Below are positions 10,157 through 19,628 of a stretch of DNA of 43,946 nt, piece by piece. The notes beneath the pieces were generated by a model that worked only from the letters and a program-made list of their open reading frames with translations, was not told the DNA's origin and did not search any database. The stretch lies in the IMG/VR virus record IMGVR_UViG_3300020042_011280, positions 1 through 43,946 of that record; one strand, given 5' to 3'. The DNA comes from a virus (taxonomy: Duplodnaviria > Caudoviricetes). Each line of letters opens with the position of its first letter. The stretch's first letter is position 1. A program made the position numbers and the translations under genes.

Positions 10157-11398
10157 TTATCCCCTCAATGGATTTTTTGCTTGTGTTGGATCAACACTTT
10201 GCTCAACAACAGTTTTAGTTGCACCACGAATATTAGGCAATAGAGGACTGCCTTTAACAAGATATTCGGTTTCTTTAAATGATAAACTCAATCTCACACC
10301 AACAGGCATACCTGTTCTACCCATACTTGCAATTGGTTCACCCTCAACTTCATAAGTAGCAAAACCTCCTGGCGCATAGTCCGTTTCAATACTAGTTAAA
10401 ACACAAGTTGAAATTTTTGGTATATTTGGATTAACTTGTCCATTGTAATAAAAAGAAATATCAAATTCCGATGGTGGATATAAAAAGTAACCACCACTAT
10501 TTTTAACTAATTCTGGTGCTTGGTGAAATCTCAATAGGTCAATAATTTTTTGAACTTCTAATGCTTCGATTTCGGATCTCGGAAACATCAAAAAATCAAA
10601 TCTAAATTCTCTAAATGCTGGTGAAGTATATAATAGTTCAAGCATTGGATTTTGAACTTTACCCCCTGTACCGGCAGTAAACAAAATTTGACCTACAGGT
10701 CCAGCAGAATTAAAAGCGTTGAAAATAAATGGAGAAAGATTATTAAGCATCGCTTGCTTATCTACTGTGTTACCACTACTTTTATAGGTATCGACCGCAG
10801 AGTTTAACATCGAAAGACCAGTTTGAAAAAGGGTACCACCAGGCCTCAAATCGGTATATCCCTGATTGTATGTAAAATTTAAATTACTTGGCATATAAAG
10901 AGCAACTGTATCAGTTATTCTACTGATGGTTCTAACACCAATATTTGCATCTATATTATCCCCAAATGCTCTAATTACGTTTAGACCATTCTCAACAAGG
11001 CCTTTTGGCAAAACATCGTCCACAGCATTTACAAGAGGTACTATAGTTTTTTTAGCTATTGAAGAATCCATTACCGCAGATAACACATCTTTCGCAATTT
11101 TTGATGCATTAGCAAAACCTGCAGATGTATCAAAGCCACCAAATTGGTCAGCAGCTGACAGAAAAGTTTTATTTGCTTGTACTGAAGGTAAATCTGATTC
11201 AACTCTAGTGCCAGGAAATGATGTATTAGTTTGTTCATTAATGTTTATAAGTATATAATGACCCTTATCGGCCGCACCTAAATCAATCGGATATCTGAAT
11301 AGTCCAGTTTTGTATTTTGAATCAGCCAAAACGCTAGTTCCAGGTCGAACATCAGTACCAAAACTGATACCGCCACCAAGAAGGTTAAATAGTCCCAT
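10157..11398 (-). CDS. gp48: Baseplate tail-tube cap gp48
   Basis: LYMP, NPMLELLY..P.FREFRFDF.MFPRS..E and LSFKETE motifs. Confidence 0.85.
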   Translation of the reverse strand: MGLFNLLGGGISFGTDVRPGTSVLADSKYKTGLFRYPIDLGAADKGHYILININEQTNTSFPGTRVESDLPSVQANKTFLSAADQFGGFDTSAGFANASKIAKDVLSAVMDSSIAKKTIVPLVNAVDDVLPKGLVENGLNVIRAFGDNIDANIGVRTISRITDTVALYMPSNLNFTYNQGYTDLRPGGTLFQTGLSMLNSAVDTYKSSGNTVDKQAMLNNLSPFIFNAFNSAGPVGQILFTAGTGGKVQNPMLELLYTSPAFREFRFDFLMFPRSEIEALEVQKIIDLLRFHQAPELVKNSGGYFLYPPSEFDISFYYNGQVNPNIPKISTCVLTSIETDYAPGGFATYEVEGEPIASMGRTGMPVGVRLSLSFKETEYLVKGSPLLPNIRGATKTVVEQSVDPTQAKNPLRG

Positions 11399-11424
11399 TG
11401 AGATTCCTAAAAGAGTTAACTAGA

Positions 11425-11432
11425 TATTTATA
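11425..11432 (-). promoter_or_regulatory. T4-type late promoter for the baseplate operon
   Basis: Exact TATAAATA on the minus strand upstream of gp48. CATAAATA variants at 5250-5257 (-), 11951-11958 (+) and 17683-17690 (-). Confidence 0.7.
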
Positions 11433-11878
11433 TGACATACGGTAAGAAAACCTATAAGGGTCGGTTCCAACCCAAAAATCCAAAGAAATATAATGGTGAT
11501 GCGGATAACATCATCTATCGTTCTACATGGGAAGTGCGTGTTATGAAGTGGTTGGATGAGCATCCAAACGTAGTATGGTGGGCATCTGAAGAACTGCCAA
11601 TACCATATAAATCACCTCTGGATAACAGAATACATCGTTATTTTCCAGACTTCATTGCCAAAATTAAACAAAAAGACGGTTCCGTAATGACATATATTAT
11701 TGAAGTGAAACCGTTAGAGCAGACCAAAATGCCTGTTCAAAAGAAGAAAACTCAACGATATATCCGTGAGGCTGCAACTTATGTTGTGAATCAGGAGAAA
11801 TGGAAAGCTGCAGATATCTTCTGTCAGGAACATGGTTGGAAATTTATGATTATGACTGAGAAGGAACTAGGTATCTAA
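11432..11878 (+). CDS. gp4: Head completion nuclease gp4
   Basis: YKGRFQPKNPKKY.GD..IIYRSTWE, W.SEE..IPY..HRYFPDF, IEVKP motifs. Confidence 0.92.
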   Translation: MTYGKKTYKGRFQPKNPKKYNGDADNIIYRSTWEVRVMKWLDEHPNVVWWASEELPIPYKSPLDNRIHRYFPDFIAKIKQKDGSVMTYIIEVKPLEQTKMPVQKKKTQRYIREAATYVVNQEKWKAADIFCQEHGWKFMIMTEKELGI

Positions 11879-11962
11879 TTTGAAAGCGGACACCAATACT
11901 TATAAGAAATCCTCAAGATTGTAAGGTAATAATGAGATTTAATTTATTGACATAAATAGACA

Positions 11963-12541
11963 ATGGCATATTTAATAGAACGAATAAAACAACAGCTTGC
12001 AAAGTCGGGTACTGAACCTAGAACTACTGCCGCAAGAGATTGGCTCATGTCTAAGATTAAAGACTTGAAACCAACTCGCCAAGCGCTCCTAAACGACAAG
12101 GAACGACTTAAAACGAATACTATAATTGGACGTATGTATTTCTATTACTATGATCCAAAGTTAAAAGATGAGTTGCCATATTACGACAGGTTCCCATTGG
12201 TCATACCAATAGAACGATACCAAGATGGTTTTTTAGGGTTAAATTTACATTACATAAGCCCAAGGCAACGCATTGAACTTTTAGATGCCCTAAGTGATTT
12301 TGCAAACAATTCAAAATATGATGAAACGACAAGGTTGAGATTAAGTTGGGCTAAATTAAAAACTGTTGGTAAAGCTTTCAAAGCAAAACCTTGTGTAAAG
12401 AGATATCTTTTTAAACACGTTGATAGCCGATTTCTTGAAATTACCGCAGACGAATGGGATATCGCTGCATTACTGCCATTTCAAAATTTCCAAGGTGCAA
12501 CTGCAAATAAAGTCTATAACGATTCTAGGAATAAATTCTAA
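11963..12541 (+). CDS. gp2: DNA end protector gp2
   Basis: YDPKLK..LPYYDRFPLV..GFLGLNLHY, PCVKRYL motifs. Confidence 0.92.
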   Translation: MAYLIERIKQQLAKSGTEPRTTAARDWLMSKIKDLKPTRQALLNDKERLKTNTIIGRMYFYYYDPKLKDELPYYDRFPLVIPIERYQDGFLGLNLHYISPRQRIELLDALSDFANNSKYDETTRLRLSWAKLKTVGKAFKAKPCVKRYLFKHVDSRFLEITADEWDIAALLPFQNFQGATANKVYNDSRNKF

Positions 12542-13326
12542 TGCCTTTTTCACCACAATTATTTTTATCAAACATCAAAGGAAAAGACGGTTTAGCTAGA
12601 CCATCTAGATTTGAGGTTATTCTTCCTATACCACCATATATTAACAATTTTATATCTCAATCATTTTTTGAGAAATTATTAAATTTGCCTAATGTGTTGA
12701 TTGCTGATATTACAAGTGCTGTAAATGATATATTAGGTAATTCACCAGCTGCAGAACAATCTAAAACATCAAACCCATCAATCAGTAGATATCTGGCACT
12801 TCAATGTGAAGCTGCAGAGTTTCCTGGTAAAACATTGATGACACAAGAAGGTAAAGTTTATGGACCTAGTTTCAAAGTTCCATATCAAACACAATACGGT
12901 GATACTTCTTTAACTTTTTTATGTACAAATGAATTCTATGAAAGAAAGTTATTTGAGAGATGGATAGAAGCTATCAATCCTTCTGATACGAATAATTTAA
13001 GATTTGCAAAAGGATCAAAGAGTAGGTACTTAACAAACATAAAAATTATTCAGTATGATGATTTCATCAAACGAATTTTTGCGGTCGAATTAATTGACGC
13101 TTTCCCCATTGGAATTGGACCGCAAGCTTTAAATTGGACAGAAGACAATTTTCATAGATTGTCTGTTCAATTTGCTTATCAGAAATACAATGTTATTTAC
13201 GAAGGTAGTTATGACCTTGTTGGAGCTGCTGTTGAATATTTTGGTGCTAAAGGTGCCAGAATATTTGATAAGGCTGGCCAAGACGTAAGTGGTGGTATAG
13301 GGAATGTTTTGAATAAAATATTTTAA
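12541..13326 (+). CDS. gp54: Baseplate tail-tube initiator gp54 (tail-tube fold)
   Basis: GLARPSRFEV, C..AEFPGK, ER.LFE.W, DAFPI motifs; position between gp2 and gp26. Confidence 0.8.
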   Translation: MPFSPQLFLSNIKGKDGLARPSRFEVILPIPPYINNFISQSFFEKLLNLPNVLIADITSAVNDILGNSPAAEQSKTSNPSISRYLALQCEAAEFPGKTLMTQEGKVYGPSFKVPYQTQYGDTSLTFLCTNEFYERKLFERWIEAINPSDTNNLRFAKGSKSRYLTNIKIIQYDDFIKRIFAVELIDAFPIGIGPQALNWTEDNFHRLSVQFAYQKYNVIYEGSYDLVGAAVEYFGAKGARIFDKAGQDVSGGIGNVLNKIF

Positions 13327-13343
13327 TTTAGTGGAGATACAAT

Positions 13344-14090
13344 ATGTTACCAAAAATTGATGTGCCTGTTTTTAGTATTAATTTAATATCAACTGGCAAA
13401 GAAGTTAAGTTTAGACCGTTCACGGTCAAAGAAGAAAAATTGTTTTTAATGGCTAACGAAAGTGCCGATTTAAAAACAATCATTGATACAACAAAACAAG
13501 TTCTGAATAATTGTATTGTTTCAGAACTTGATATCGATAAGTTACCCGTGTTTGATATTGAATATTTATTTTTAAATATTCGTGCAAGGTCGGTAAGTGA
13601 AATTATCAGTTTGAATTACAAATGTAATAATGATATCAAAAATGAAGAAGCTGAAGATACACATAAGTGTAATCATGTAGTACAAATTGAGGTGAATATT
13701 TTGGATATCAAACCAAAGAATGATAAAAAACAAGAAACCAAAATTCAAATTACTGATAAAGTTGGTATGGTTATGAAATATCCAAATTTTGATACCGTGA
13801 AAAAATTTGAAACGGGTACTGAAGGTGTAGACCAAAGCGATATTATTTTAAAAATGACTGTGGGATGCATAGACTACATTTATGATGATGACCAAATTTA
13901 TTATGCAAAAGATACTCCAGAAGAAGAATTGGTTGAATTTATTGAAAGTATGCAAAGTAAAGATTTAGAAAAAATTAAAAACTTCTTTGATAATATGCCA
14001 AAGATTTCTAAAGATTTGGATTTTAAATGCAACAAATGTGGACATGAAGAAAAAATTACCGTGGAAGGAATGGAAAGTTTTTTCGTCTAA
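13344..14090 (+). CDS. gp26: Baseplate hub assembly chaperone gp26
   Basis: MLPKIDVP..VKFRPFTVKEEK, FDIEYLFL.IRARSV, FF.NMPK..C..CG..EG..SFF. Confidence 0.9.
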   Translation: MLPKIDVPVFSINLISTGKEVKFRPFTVKEEKLFLMANESADLKTIIDTTKQVLNNCIVSELDIDKLPVFDIEYLFLNIRARSVSEIISLNYKCNNDIKNEEAEDTHKCNHVVQIEVNILDIKPKNDKKQETKIQITDKVGMVMKYPNFDTVKKFETGTEGVDQSDIILKMTVGCIDYIYDDDQIYYAKDTPEEELVEFIESMQSKDLEKIKNFFDNMPKISKDLDFKCNKCGHEEKITVEGMESFFV

Positions 14091-14140
14091 GTTTTGGTTA
14101 TGAAAATCTAGGTAATCTCTTTCAAACTAATTTTGCATTA

Positions 14141-14269
14141 ATGCAACACCACAAATATAGTTTGACGGAACTTGAAAATATGATACCTTGGGAAAGAGAA
14201 GTTTATGTTGGTTTGTTAATGAAATACCTTGAAGAAGAAAAAGAAAAAATGAAAACCAGAAGGCAATAA
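14141..14269 (+). CDS. gp51: gp51-like hub assembly protein (frame open from at least 14078; probably also made as a gp26 -1 frameshift fusion)
   Basis: Not in ORF track. MQHHKYSLTELENMIPWEREVYVGLLMKYLEEEKEKMKTRRQ, preceded in frame by LFQTNFAL. Confidence 0.85.
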   Translation: MQHHKYSLTELENMIPWEREVYVGLLMKYLEEEKEKMKTRRQ

Positions 14270-14272
14270 TAA

Positions 14273-16654
14273 ATGGCTAATAGTAGACTTGCACAAATAT
14301 TAGAACAAGAATATAAAACGAGCGGTGCCGTTGGTGGTGTCGTTTCGGCTCTTGGTAAGCGCTCAAGAGAAAAAATGGATATTCGAAATGCACTCTTTAG
14401 TGGAGGTGGATTGGGGTCTATTGTTGGCACTAAAATATTTGGTAAAGGTTATTCAGCAACAAGGAAATCACCATCATCAACATCATCACCTTCATTAGAT
14501 GGTGCTTCTAACGCAACATTACAGGACATTAACACCAATAGTAAAATTACAGCAAAAAATACTCTGGCCATTCCTATGATGGCCAGAGATATGAATCTCG
14601 TAAGATTAAACATTGTTAAGATGGTTAAACTCCTTGGTGGTCAAGCAAACAGAAATAAAACAGATATGTTTTTTTCAAATGCTGCAAAAAGAGAAGAAGA
14701 TTATGAAAGACAATTTGGTAAAAAACCAACACAATTAACTTCTAGTGGTGGAGTTGTTAACAAAGAAGGTGGTGGATTTTTATCATCAATTTTAGGATTC
14801 TTCAAAGGCGGCATTGGTAGTATTGTTGACACTTTGCTTGGTGCTTTAATTAAAGGTGGTTTGATAACTGGATTTTTAGTTGCACTTGGTAAATATTTTC
14901 GTGATGATGATTTTAGAGCTTCAGTTAATAAAATGTTGGATGGATTATTCAAAGCAGTTTTTGGTGATGATTATAAAAAGAATTTATTAGTTGGTGTTGG
15001 TGTTTTTACTGGTGCAATGGTAATAATTGCAGCTACATTGAAAATTTTTAATGCTGCTATATTGGCTGCATCAAGAGCATTACTTGGCCTTGCTGTTGGC
15101 AGGCCTGTTGCTGGTGTTCCAGCAGGTAAAGGTAAAGGTAAAGGCGGTAGATTTTCGGGTTTAACTGGTAAAGCAAAACTGTTAGCTATAGCTGCCGGTC
15201 TTGGTTTGACGGTAAAAGAGTTATATGATTTATATGGTGGTGAAGAGGAAGCTAATAAGTTTTTTGATGATGAGTCTTCAGGTATTAGTGCAGAAGAAAG
15301 TTTATTACCAGGAGAAAGTTTAGATCCAAAAAGTCAAGGAAATTCTGTAGAATCATCATCAAAAAAAACTTCAACTAGTGATAAACTTATAAGGGGTGCA
15401 GAATTAGCATTAGGAACTTATGCAGCTGTTTCTATAATAAGTTTGCCTAGTGGTTCAGGAACAGCTACTGCACCATCAAGTACAACAAGTAAAGTTGCAG
15501 ATCCATTTGCTAATCTTGAAGATAAAAAGTTATCTGCACATGGCACGGTTGGTAATAATAGAGAGATGGTTAAAAATAGAACTCTATTGGAAAAAATTAC
15601 TAAGGTTATCACTAAAGCTGTAGAAAAAGGTCAAAAAGTAAATATGCTTTTAAAGTTTGCAGCTAAATTTGGTCCATTTGCTGCTGCTAAACTTGGAGCT
15701 GTTGTTGTCGGCGTTGCGGCCGCACCATTCTCTGCTGGTTTTTCTTTATTGCTTTCCGGATTAGGTGCGGTATTACTTGTTTATGATATTTACCAAATTT
15801 ACGAATTCTTCGTTGAATTGGAAAAAGAAATGGATGCAGATGAAAAAGCTGCAACAGTTATTAAACAAGAAACACCAGCAGCATCGCCTGTTCCTGGTCC
15901 TGTGCCTGTGCCCGCAGCCGATACCACAGGTACGGCAGCTGCCTCTAGTGCATCATCTACTTCAACATCTCCTTCTGCTCAAGTCGGTACAGTAACAAGT
16001 GATATGGGAATGAGACCCGATCCAATGAATTCTGGCAAAACACAAAATCATCAAGGTGTGGATGTTGCAGCTCCAAGCGGAACTCCAATTTATGCAACAA
16101 TGGATGGCCAAGCGAGAAAATATACAAATGATCCAAAAGCAGGTAATTATGTTGAAGTTACTGATGCACAAGGAAATAAAACACGTTATCTACATATGTC
16201 CAGACATGAGGGGTGGATACAAGGTGCTGCTGTGAGACCTGTGAAAAAAGGTGATATTATTGGTTATGTTGGTATGACAGGCCGGTCAACAGGTAATCAT
16301 TTACATTATGAGGAATATAGAAATGGTAAAAATGTTACTGACCGTAGCGGTGCAATGTTAGCATTAAATCCAACAACAACAACAACACCAAATTTAGCAG
16401 CTGCTCCTGTTCCAAAAATTAATGGTTCACAAGTTGCATCAGCAAGCCAAGCTGATGTTCGTAGAATTGATAATGCGATTGAAGCTGCCGCCGAAAAACC
16501 ATTATTCTCAGCGGCCGATTTAGCTGGACTTTCAGCTGCTTTAAAAGCTCCAACAATGCAAGGTGCTGGTGGAGGTCAAGTTATTTCTACGCAAAAAGCA
16601 ACACCGTATGAAAGAGATTTTTACGAGGGTGTTCTAAGAAAAGTTGCTCTGTAA
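14273..16654 (+). CDS. Tape-measure-like (gp29 position) protein with C-terminal M23 peptidase domain
   Basis: Long Gly/Ala/hydrophobic helical protein after gp26/gp51; HQGVD..GTPIYA..G, YLHM and STGNHLHYE M23 zinc motifs. Confidence 0.8.
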   Translation: MANSRLAQILEQEYKTSGAVGGVVSALGKRSREKMDIRNALFSGGGLGSIVGTKIFGKGYSATRKSPSSTSSPSLDGASNATLQDINTNSKITAKNTLAIPMMARDMNLVRLNIVKMVKLLGGQANRNKTDMFFSNAAKREEDYERQFGKKPTQLTSSGGVVNKEGGGFLSSILGFFKGGIGSIVDTLLGALIKGGLITGFLVALGKYFRDDDFRASVNKMLDGLFKAVFGDDYKKNLLVGVGVFTGAMVIIAATLKIFNAAILAASRALLGLAVGRPVAGVPAGKGKGKGGRFSGLTGKAKLLAIAAGLGLTVKELYDLYGGEEEANKFFDDESSGISAEESLLPGESLDPKSQGNSVESSSKKTSTSDKLIRGAELALGTYAAVSIISLPSGSGTATAPSSTTSKVADPFANLEDKKLSAHGTVGNNREMVKNRTLLEKITKVITKAVEKGQKVNMLLKFAAKFGPFAAAKLGAVVVGVAAAPFSAGFSLLLSGLGAVLLVYDIYQIYEFFVELEKEMDADEKAATVIKQETPAASPVPGPVPVPAADTTGTAAASSASSTSTSPSAQVGTVTSDMGMRPDPMNSGKTQNHQGVDVAAPSGTPIYATMDGQARKYTNDPKAGNYVEVTDAQGNKTRYLHMSRHEGWIQGAAVRPVKKGDIIGYVGMTGRSTGNHLHYEEYRNGKNVTDRSGAMLALNPTTTTTPNLAAAPVPKINGSQVASASQADVRRIDNAIEAAAEKPLFSAADLAGLSAALKAPTMQGAGGGQVISTQKATPYERDFYEGVLRKVAL

Positions 16655-16680
16655 ATAAAAAACCCCGCCAAGGCGGGGTC
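16655..16680 (-). terminator. Intrinsic terminator between convergent tape-measure and gp32 genes
   Basis: ACCCCGC-4 nt-GCGGGGT hairpin with a T-run on the minus strand. Confidence 0.85.
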
Positions 16681-16722
16681 TAAACTAAGTTCCTAGAAAG
16701 GTTCTAAAAAAGGAGCTTTAGT

Positions 16723-17610
16723 TTATTGTGCGAGAGATTTAAAGTAATCCAAATCTTCATCACTACTAGTTGCTTTACTACCGATGATTTTCATTTCATC
16801 TTCGGTAAAACTTCTCAACTCAACATCCTCAGCCTTGATGGATGAAACAGCACCTTCAAAACCAAGAACCTTGTCAAGACGAGATTTCAACTGGTCATAT
16901 GGTTTGAATTGTTTCTTCTCAGTAAATTCTTTGAGAGAAAACTGTTTCTTCCACAAATCTTCCAATTTCGCATCATCACCATCTAAAAGAGCAGACTTAT
17001 CTGCAAATTCAGATTTATCATAGTTACGATAACCTTCAACATTACGAATCTTCAATTTGAAGTTAGCACCTTCCCACATATCAAATGGATTGACAGGAGT
17101 TTCATCAGCGAATTCAGGATTCATTGCTTCAGTAATCTTGTCAAAGATTTTCTTACCAAACTTAAACAGTTTGACTTGACCTTCATTTTCGGGATTGCTC
17201 GGGTCAGATACCACAAGAATGTTAGCAATATAAGAAAGCTTACGCTTTTGTTTACGAGCTACATCTTTGTTGGCTTCAATACCAGAATTCCATAATGTAT
17301 TATTGTGCTCACATACGGGGCACTTTTCATTCAAGGTTGTTAGACAATTATCAATGTACCAACCACCAGGTCCCTGAAATCCATGTGAGAACACACGAAT
17401 CCAAGGTAGACCCTCATCGCCATCGACAGCAGGTGCAGGTAAGAACCGAACAACGGCCATTCCATTACCAGACTTGTCAACGCTGGGTTGCCACATTCTT
17501 GTATCGTCTTTAGAACCAGCCTCAGAATTGGACTGGGTAGAAGCTTCAATCGCTTTGGTGAGTTTGTCCAAAGAAGAACGATTGCGCTTGAGGTTTGCAA
17601 AACTACTCAT
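16723..17610 (-). CDS. gp32: Single-stranded DNA-binding protein gp32
   Basis: GNG.AVVRFLP, HGFQGPGGWYIDNCLTT..CPVCE, FGKKIFDKI, GANFKLK..NYDKSEF; acidic tail. Confidence 0.96.
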   Translation of the reverse strand: MSSFANLKRNRSSLDKLTKAIEASTQSNSEAGSKDDTRMWQPSVDKSGNGMAVVRFLPAPAVDGDEGLPWIRVFSHGFQGPGGWYIDNCLTTLNEKCPVCEHNNTLWNSGIEANKDVARKQKRKLSYIANILVVSDPSNPENEGQVKLFKFGKKIFDKITEAMNPEFADETPVNPFDMWEGANFKLKIRNVEGYRNYDKSEFADKSALLDGDDAKLEDLWKKQFSLKEFTEKKQFKPYDQLKSRLDKVLGFEGAVSSIKAEDVELRSFTEDEMKIIGSKATSSDEDLDYFKSLAQ

Positions 17611-17677
17611 AGTATTTCCTTTCGTATAACGGAGTATTAACGGTGTATAAACAACTTATCCACATAAACATAGTATA

Positions 17678-18175
17678 TCATGTATTTATGTTCTTTGCAA
17701 GCAAAATATCCAACAACATCATAGTATTACCGACATCCTTGTGATGAATACCTATTCCGCCTGCTTTATTAAAGGCATCAATAACATCTAAGGTATCATC
17801 TATTAGTATGCTATCTGGAGTGGCAAACTCCGCCTTTAATGACCTGCCTGCAACAACATTTACTTTCCATGTTGAAGGCAAATTTCTTTCCTTAATCCAT
17901 TTGTTTTTTTGTTCTGTTACTTCATTGTGGTATTTTTTACCACCAGATGAAGTTAGAATTTCAACATCATTGAAATGATTAATCAAATAATTAATTAATT
18001 CTGGCCCACCTGGCCAGTAATCCAAAGATTCAAAATTTTTACCTTCAATAAATGAAGTCCAATTTTTACTGAATTCTTTTCTATCTCTTGAAGTACCAGG
18101 ATGTTCACGAAACAATTCTATGTAACGCTTTTCAAAATTGGCGATTACGCCATCCATATCCAAATAAATTTTCAT
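17678..18175 (-). CDS. HAD-family 5'(3')-nucleotidase-like protein
   Basis: IYLDMDGV motif I, ILTS motif II, LIDD motif IV. Confidence 0.85.
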   Translation of the reverse strand: MKIYLDMDGVIANFEKRYIELFREHPGTSRDRKEFSKNWTSFIEGKNFESLDYWPGGPELINYLINHFNDVEILTSSGGKKYHNEVTEQKNKWIKERNLPSTWKVNVVAGRSLKAEFATPDSILIDDTLDVIDAFNKAGGIGIHHKDVGNTMMLLDILLAKNINT

Positions 18176-18339
18176 AATATTCCATAAACAATCAAAAACT
18201 TTTCAACTAGCAGATAGTAAGCCCAAAACGGAACAATTATGGAAAACAATGTTGACCAAAATCCGTTAGCTATAACTACACCAGCAACCCACGAAAAAAA
18301 CAAGAATAAACCCATTAATGTTTTAAAAGCATCTATCAT
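18172..18339 (-). CDS. Small membrane protein (55 aa)
   Basis: Not in ORF track. MIDAFKTLMGLFLFFSWVAGVVIANGFWSTLFSIIVPFWAYYLLVEKFLIVYGIL; ATGA overlaps with both neighbours. Confidence 0.7.
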   Translation of the reverse strand: MIDAFKTLMGLFLFFSWVAGVVIANGFWSTLFSIIVPFWAYYLLVEKFLIVYGIL

Positions 18340-18926
18340 GCAACCACCTCTTTCAATTTTAACTTATATTTTACACTATCAAACGGTACAAATGCGGTAT
18401 ACTTGAGCATCTTTAACCGATAATCTGGCCATCGAATGGTATCGGCAATTTGCTGTTCCCAAGCAGGGAAGAAATTGAGTAAGGCATTTAATATCACAAG
18501 GGTTTCTGGTTGAATCTCTTTACGAAAAGCCATCAATAGAAGCACAGGGTATTCACCATCCAAACACTTCAGGACCTCATTGGGGTCATTCAAATCATCA
18601 AAGATATACTTGCAGTCATTCTCAAAACTATACGTCATGGTTTGCAAGTATTTCATTCGCCTTAGGTAATTTACCTCAGCTTCAGACTTTAGTAAATCAC
18701 CTGCCCAAGTCTTTTCATTTTCAATAAAGTTACCCACAAGGAAATTGATGTAATCATCTTGATTGTATTTCCTTGAGAGTTTGTAGAAGTGGTATTTGTC
18801 TTTACGATTCTCAAAACTGTTCACAGAGATATTTGACTTACCATTGTATTTGAAGTAGTCATATGTCTGTTGTGAGAAGTGAAGTTTTAGTGAATTGTAG
18901 AGCGAAAATGCCTCATAACCTGTCAT
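18336..18926 (-). CDS. gp59: Helicase loader gp59
   Basis: Y.SLKLHF..YDYFKYNGK..SFENRKDKY.F.KL motif. Confidence 0.92.
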   Translation of the reverse strand: MTGYEAFSLYNSLKLHFSQQTYDYFKYNGKSNISVNSFENRKDKYHFYKLSRKYNQDDYINFLVGNFIENEKTWAGDLLKSEAEVNYLRRMKYLQTMTYSFENDCKYIFDDLNDPNEVLKCLDGEYPVLLLMAFRKEIQPETLVILNALLNFFPAWEQQIADTIRWPDYRLKMLKYTAFVPFDSVKYKLKLKEVVA

Positions 18927-19147
18927 ATTGGAAGTCTTGAACTTTTTTCTTTCATCATATTATTGTCCATTGCATCGATATGAATTTTAGATTTGAGGTT
19001 GGCATTCACTAGTGTAGCTGCCACCTCAATCTCCAATCCCGATTCTTTACAGTAAACAGTAATGGCTTCAATGTAATTGTAACTGGTCTCTGAAACCAAC
19101 TTGTCAATCGCTTTGGCAAATTTTGCCATTTCTTCTTTAGTTGGCAT
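18923..19147 (-). CDS. gp33: Late-transcription coactivator gp33
   Basis: YIEAI..YC...LEIE.AA.LV...LKSKI..A..N..K..LPI; start taken at MPTKEE; adjacent to gp59. Confidence 0.85.
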   Translation of the reverse strand: MPTKEEMAKFAKAIDKLVSETSYNYIEAITVYCKESGLEIEVAATLVNANLKSKIHIDAMDNNMMKEKSSRLPI

Positions 19148-19340
19148 CTTGTCCTTTTGTATTAAAATCAATTTCTTCATCTTGCACAAAATCTAAAGTG
19201 CCTGTTGGATGAAAACCTGAACCACGGAGAAACATTTCAAAATGTTGCAGTATATGAGGAAGATAATCTGCATTAAATTCAATCGTTGTTTCGGCAGAAT
19301 GTCCAGAGATGTTATCAATCTGTTTAAAAATATATTTCAT
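19137..19340 (-). CDS. Hypothetical protein
   Basis: ORF in operon with RBS. Confidence 0.65.
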   Translation of the reverse strand: MKYIFKQIDNISGHSAETTIEFNADYLPHILQHFEMFLRGSGFHPTGTLDFVQDEEIDFNTKGQDAN

Positions 19341-19355
19341 AATATAGAGTTCCTT

Positions 19356-19628
19356 TTATTTCTTTGATTGTGGTAGTGGTGGTGGATTTCCATGTGTAAT
19401 TGCATATGCAACACAAATCGAATCATCGTGTGCAGCATAAGAACATCTAACAGATATTGGGTCAACACCTTTAGTCATAGCTGTTTCAATATTCCTTGCC
19501 ATCAATGACCTATCATTAAAACTGTAAATTGCAAGACTAATGATACCAGAGGTCACTATGATTGTAAATGAAATAATAAAGTTTGTTATATTATTTTTAA
19601 ATTGTTCAAAAACATTTGAAGTTCTCAT
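19356..19628 (-). CDS. Hypothetical single-TM protein
   Basis: One hydrophobic segment, two Cys in the C-terminal part; overlaps the SleB stop. Confidence 0.65.
   Translation of the reverse strand: MRTSNVFEQFKNNITNFIISFTIIVTSGIISLAIYSFNDRSLMARNIETAMTKGVDPISVRCSYAAHDDSICVAYAITHGNPPPLPQSKK

Noticed and set aside
11432-11878. TnsA-like nuclease as evidence of a transposon
   Set aside because: Sequence and position match T4-like gp4; no transposase partners or terminal repeats.
100-16171. Short antisense or nested ORFs inside structural genes (e.g. 100-480, 1336-1860, 7584-7868, 14203-14430)
   Set aside because: They overlap well-supported genes and have no recognisable motifs; shadow ORFs.
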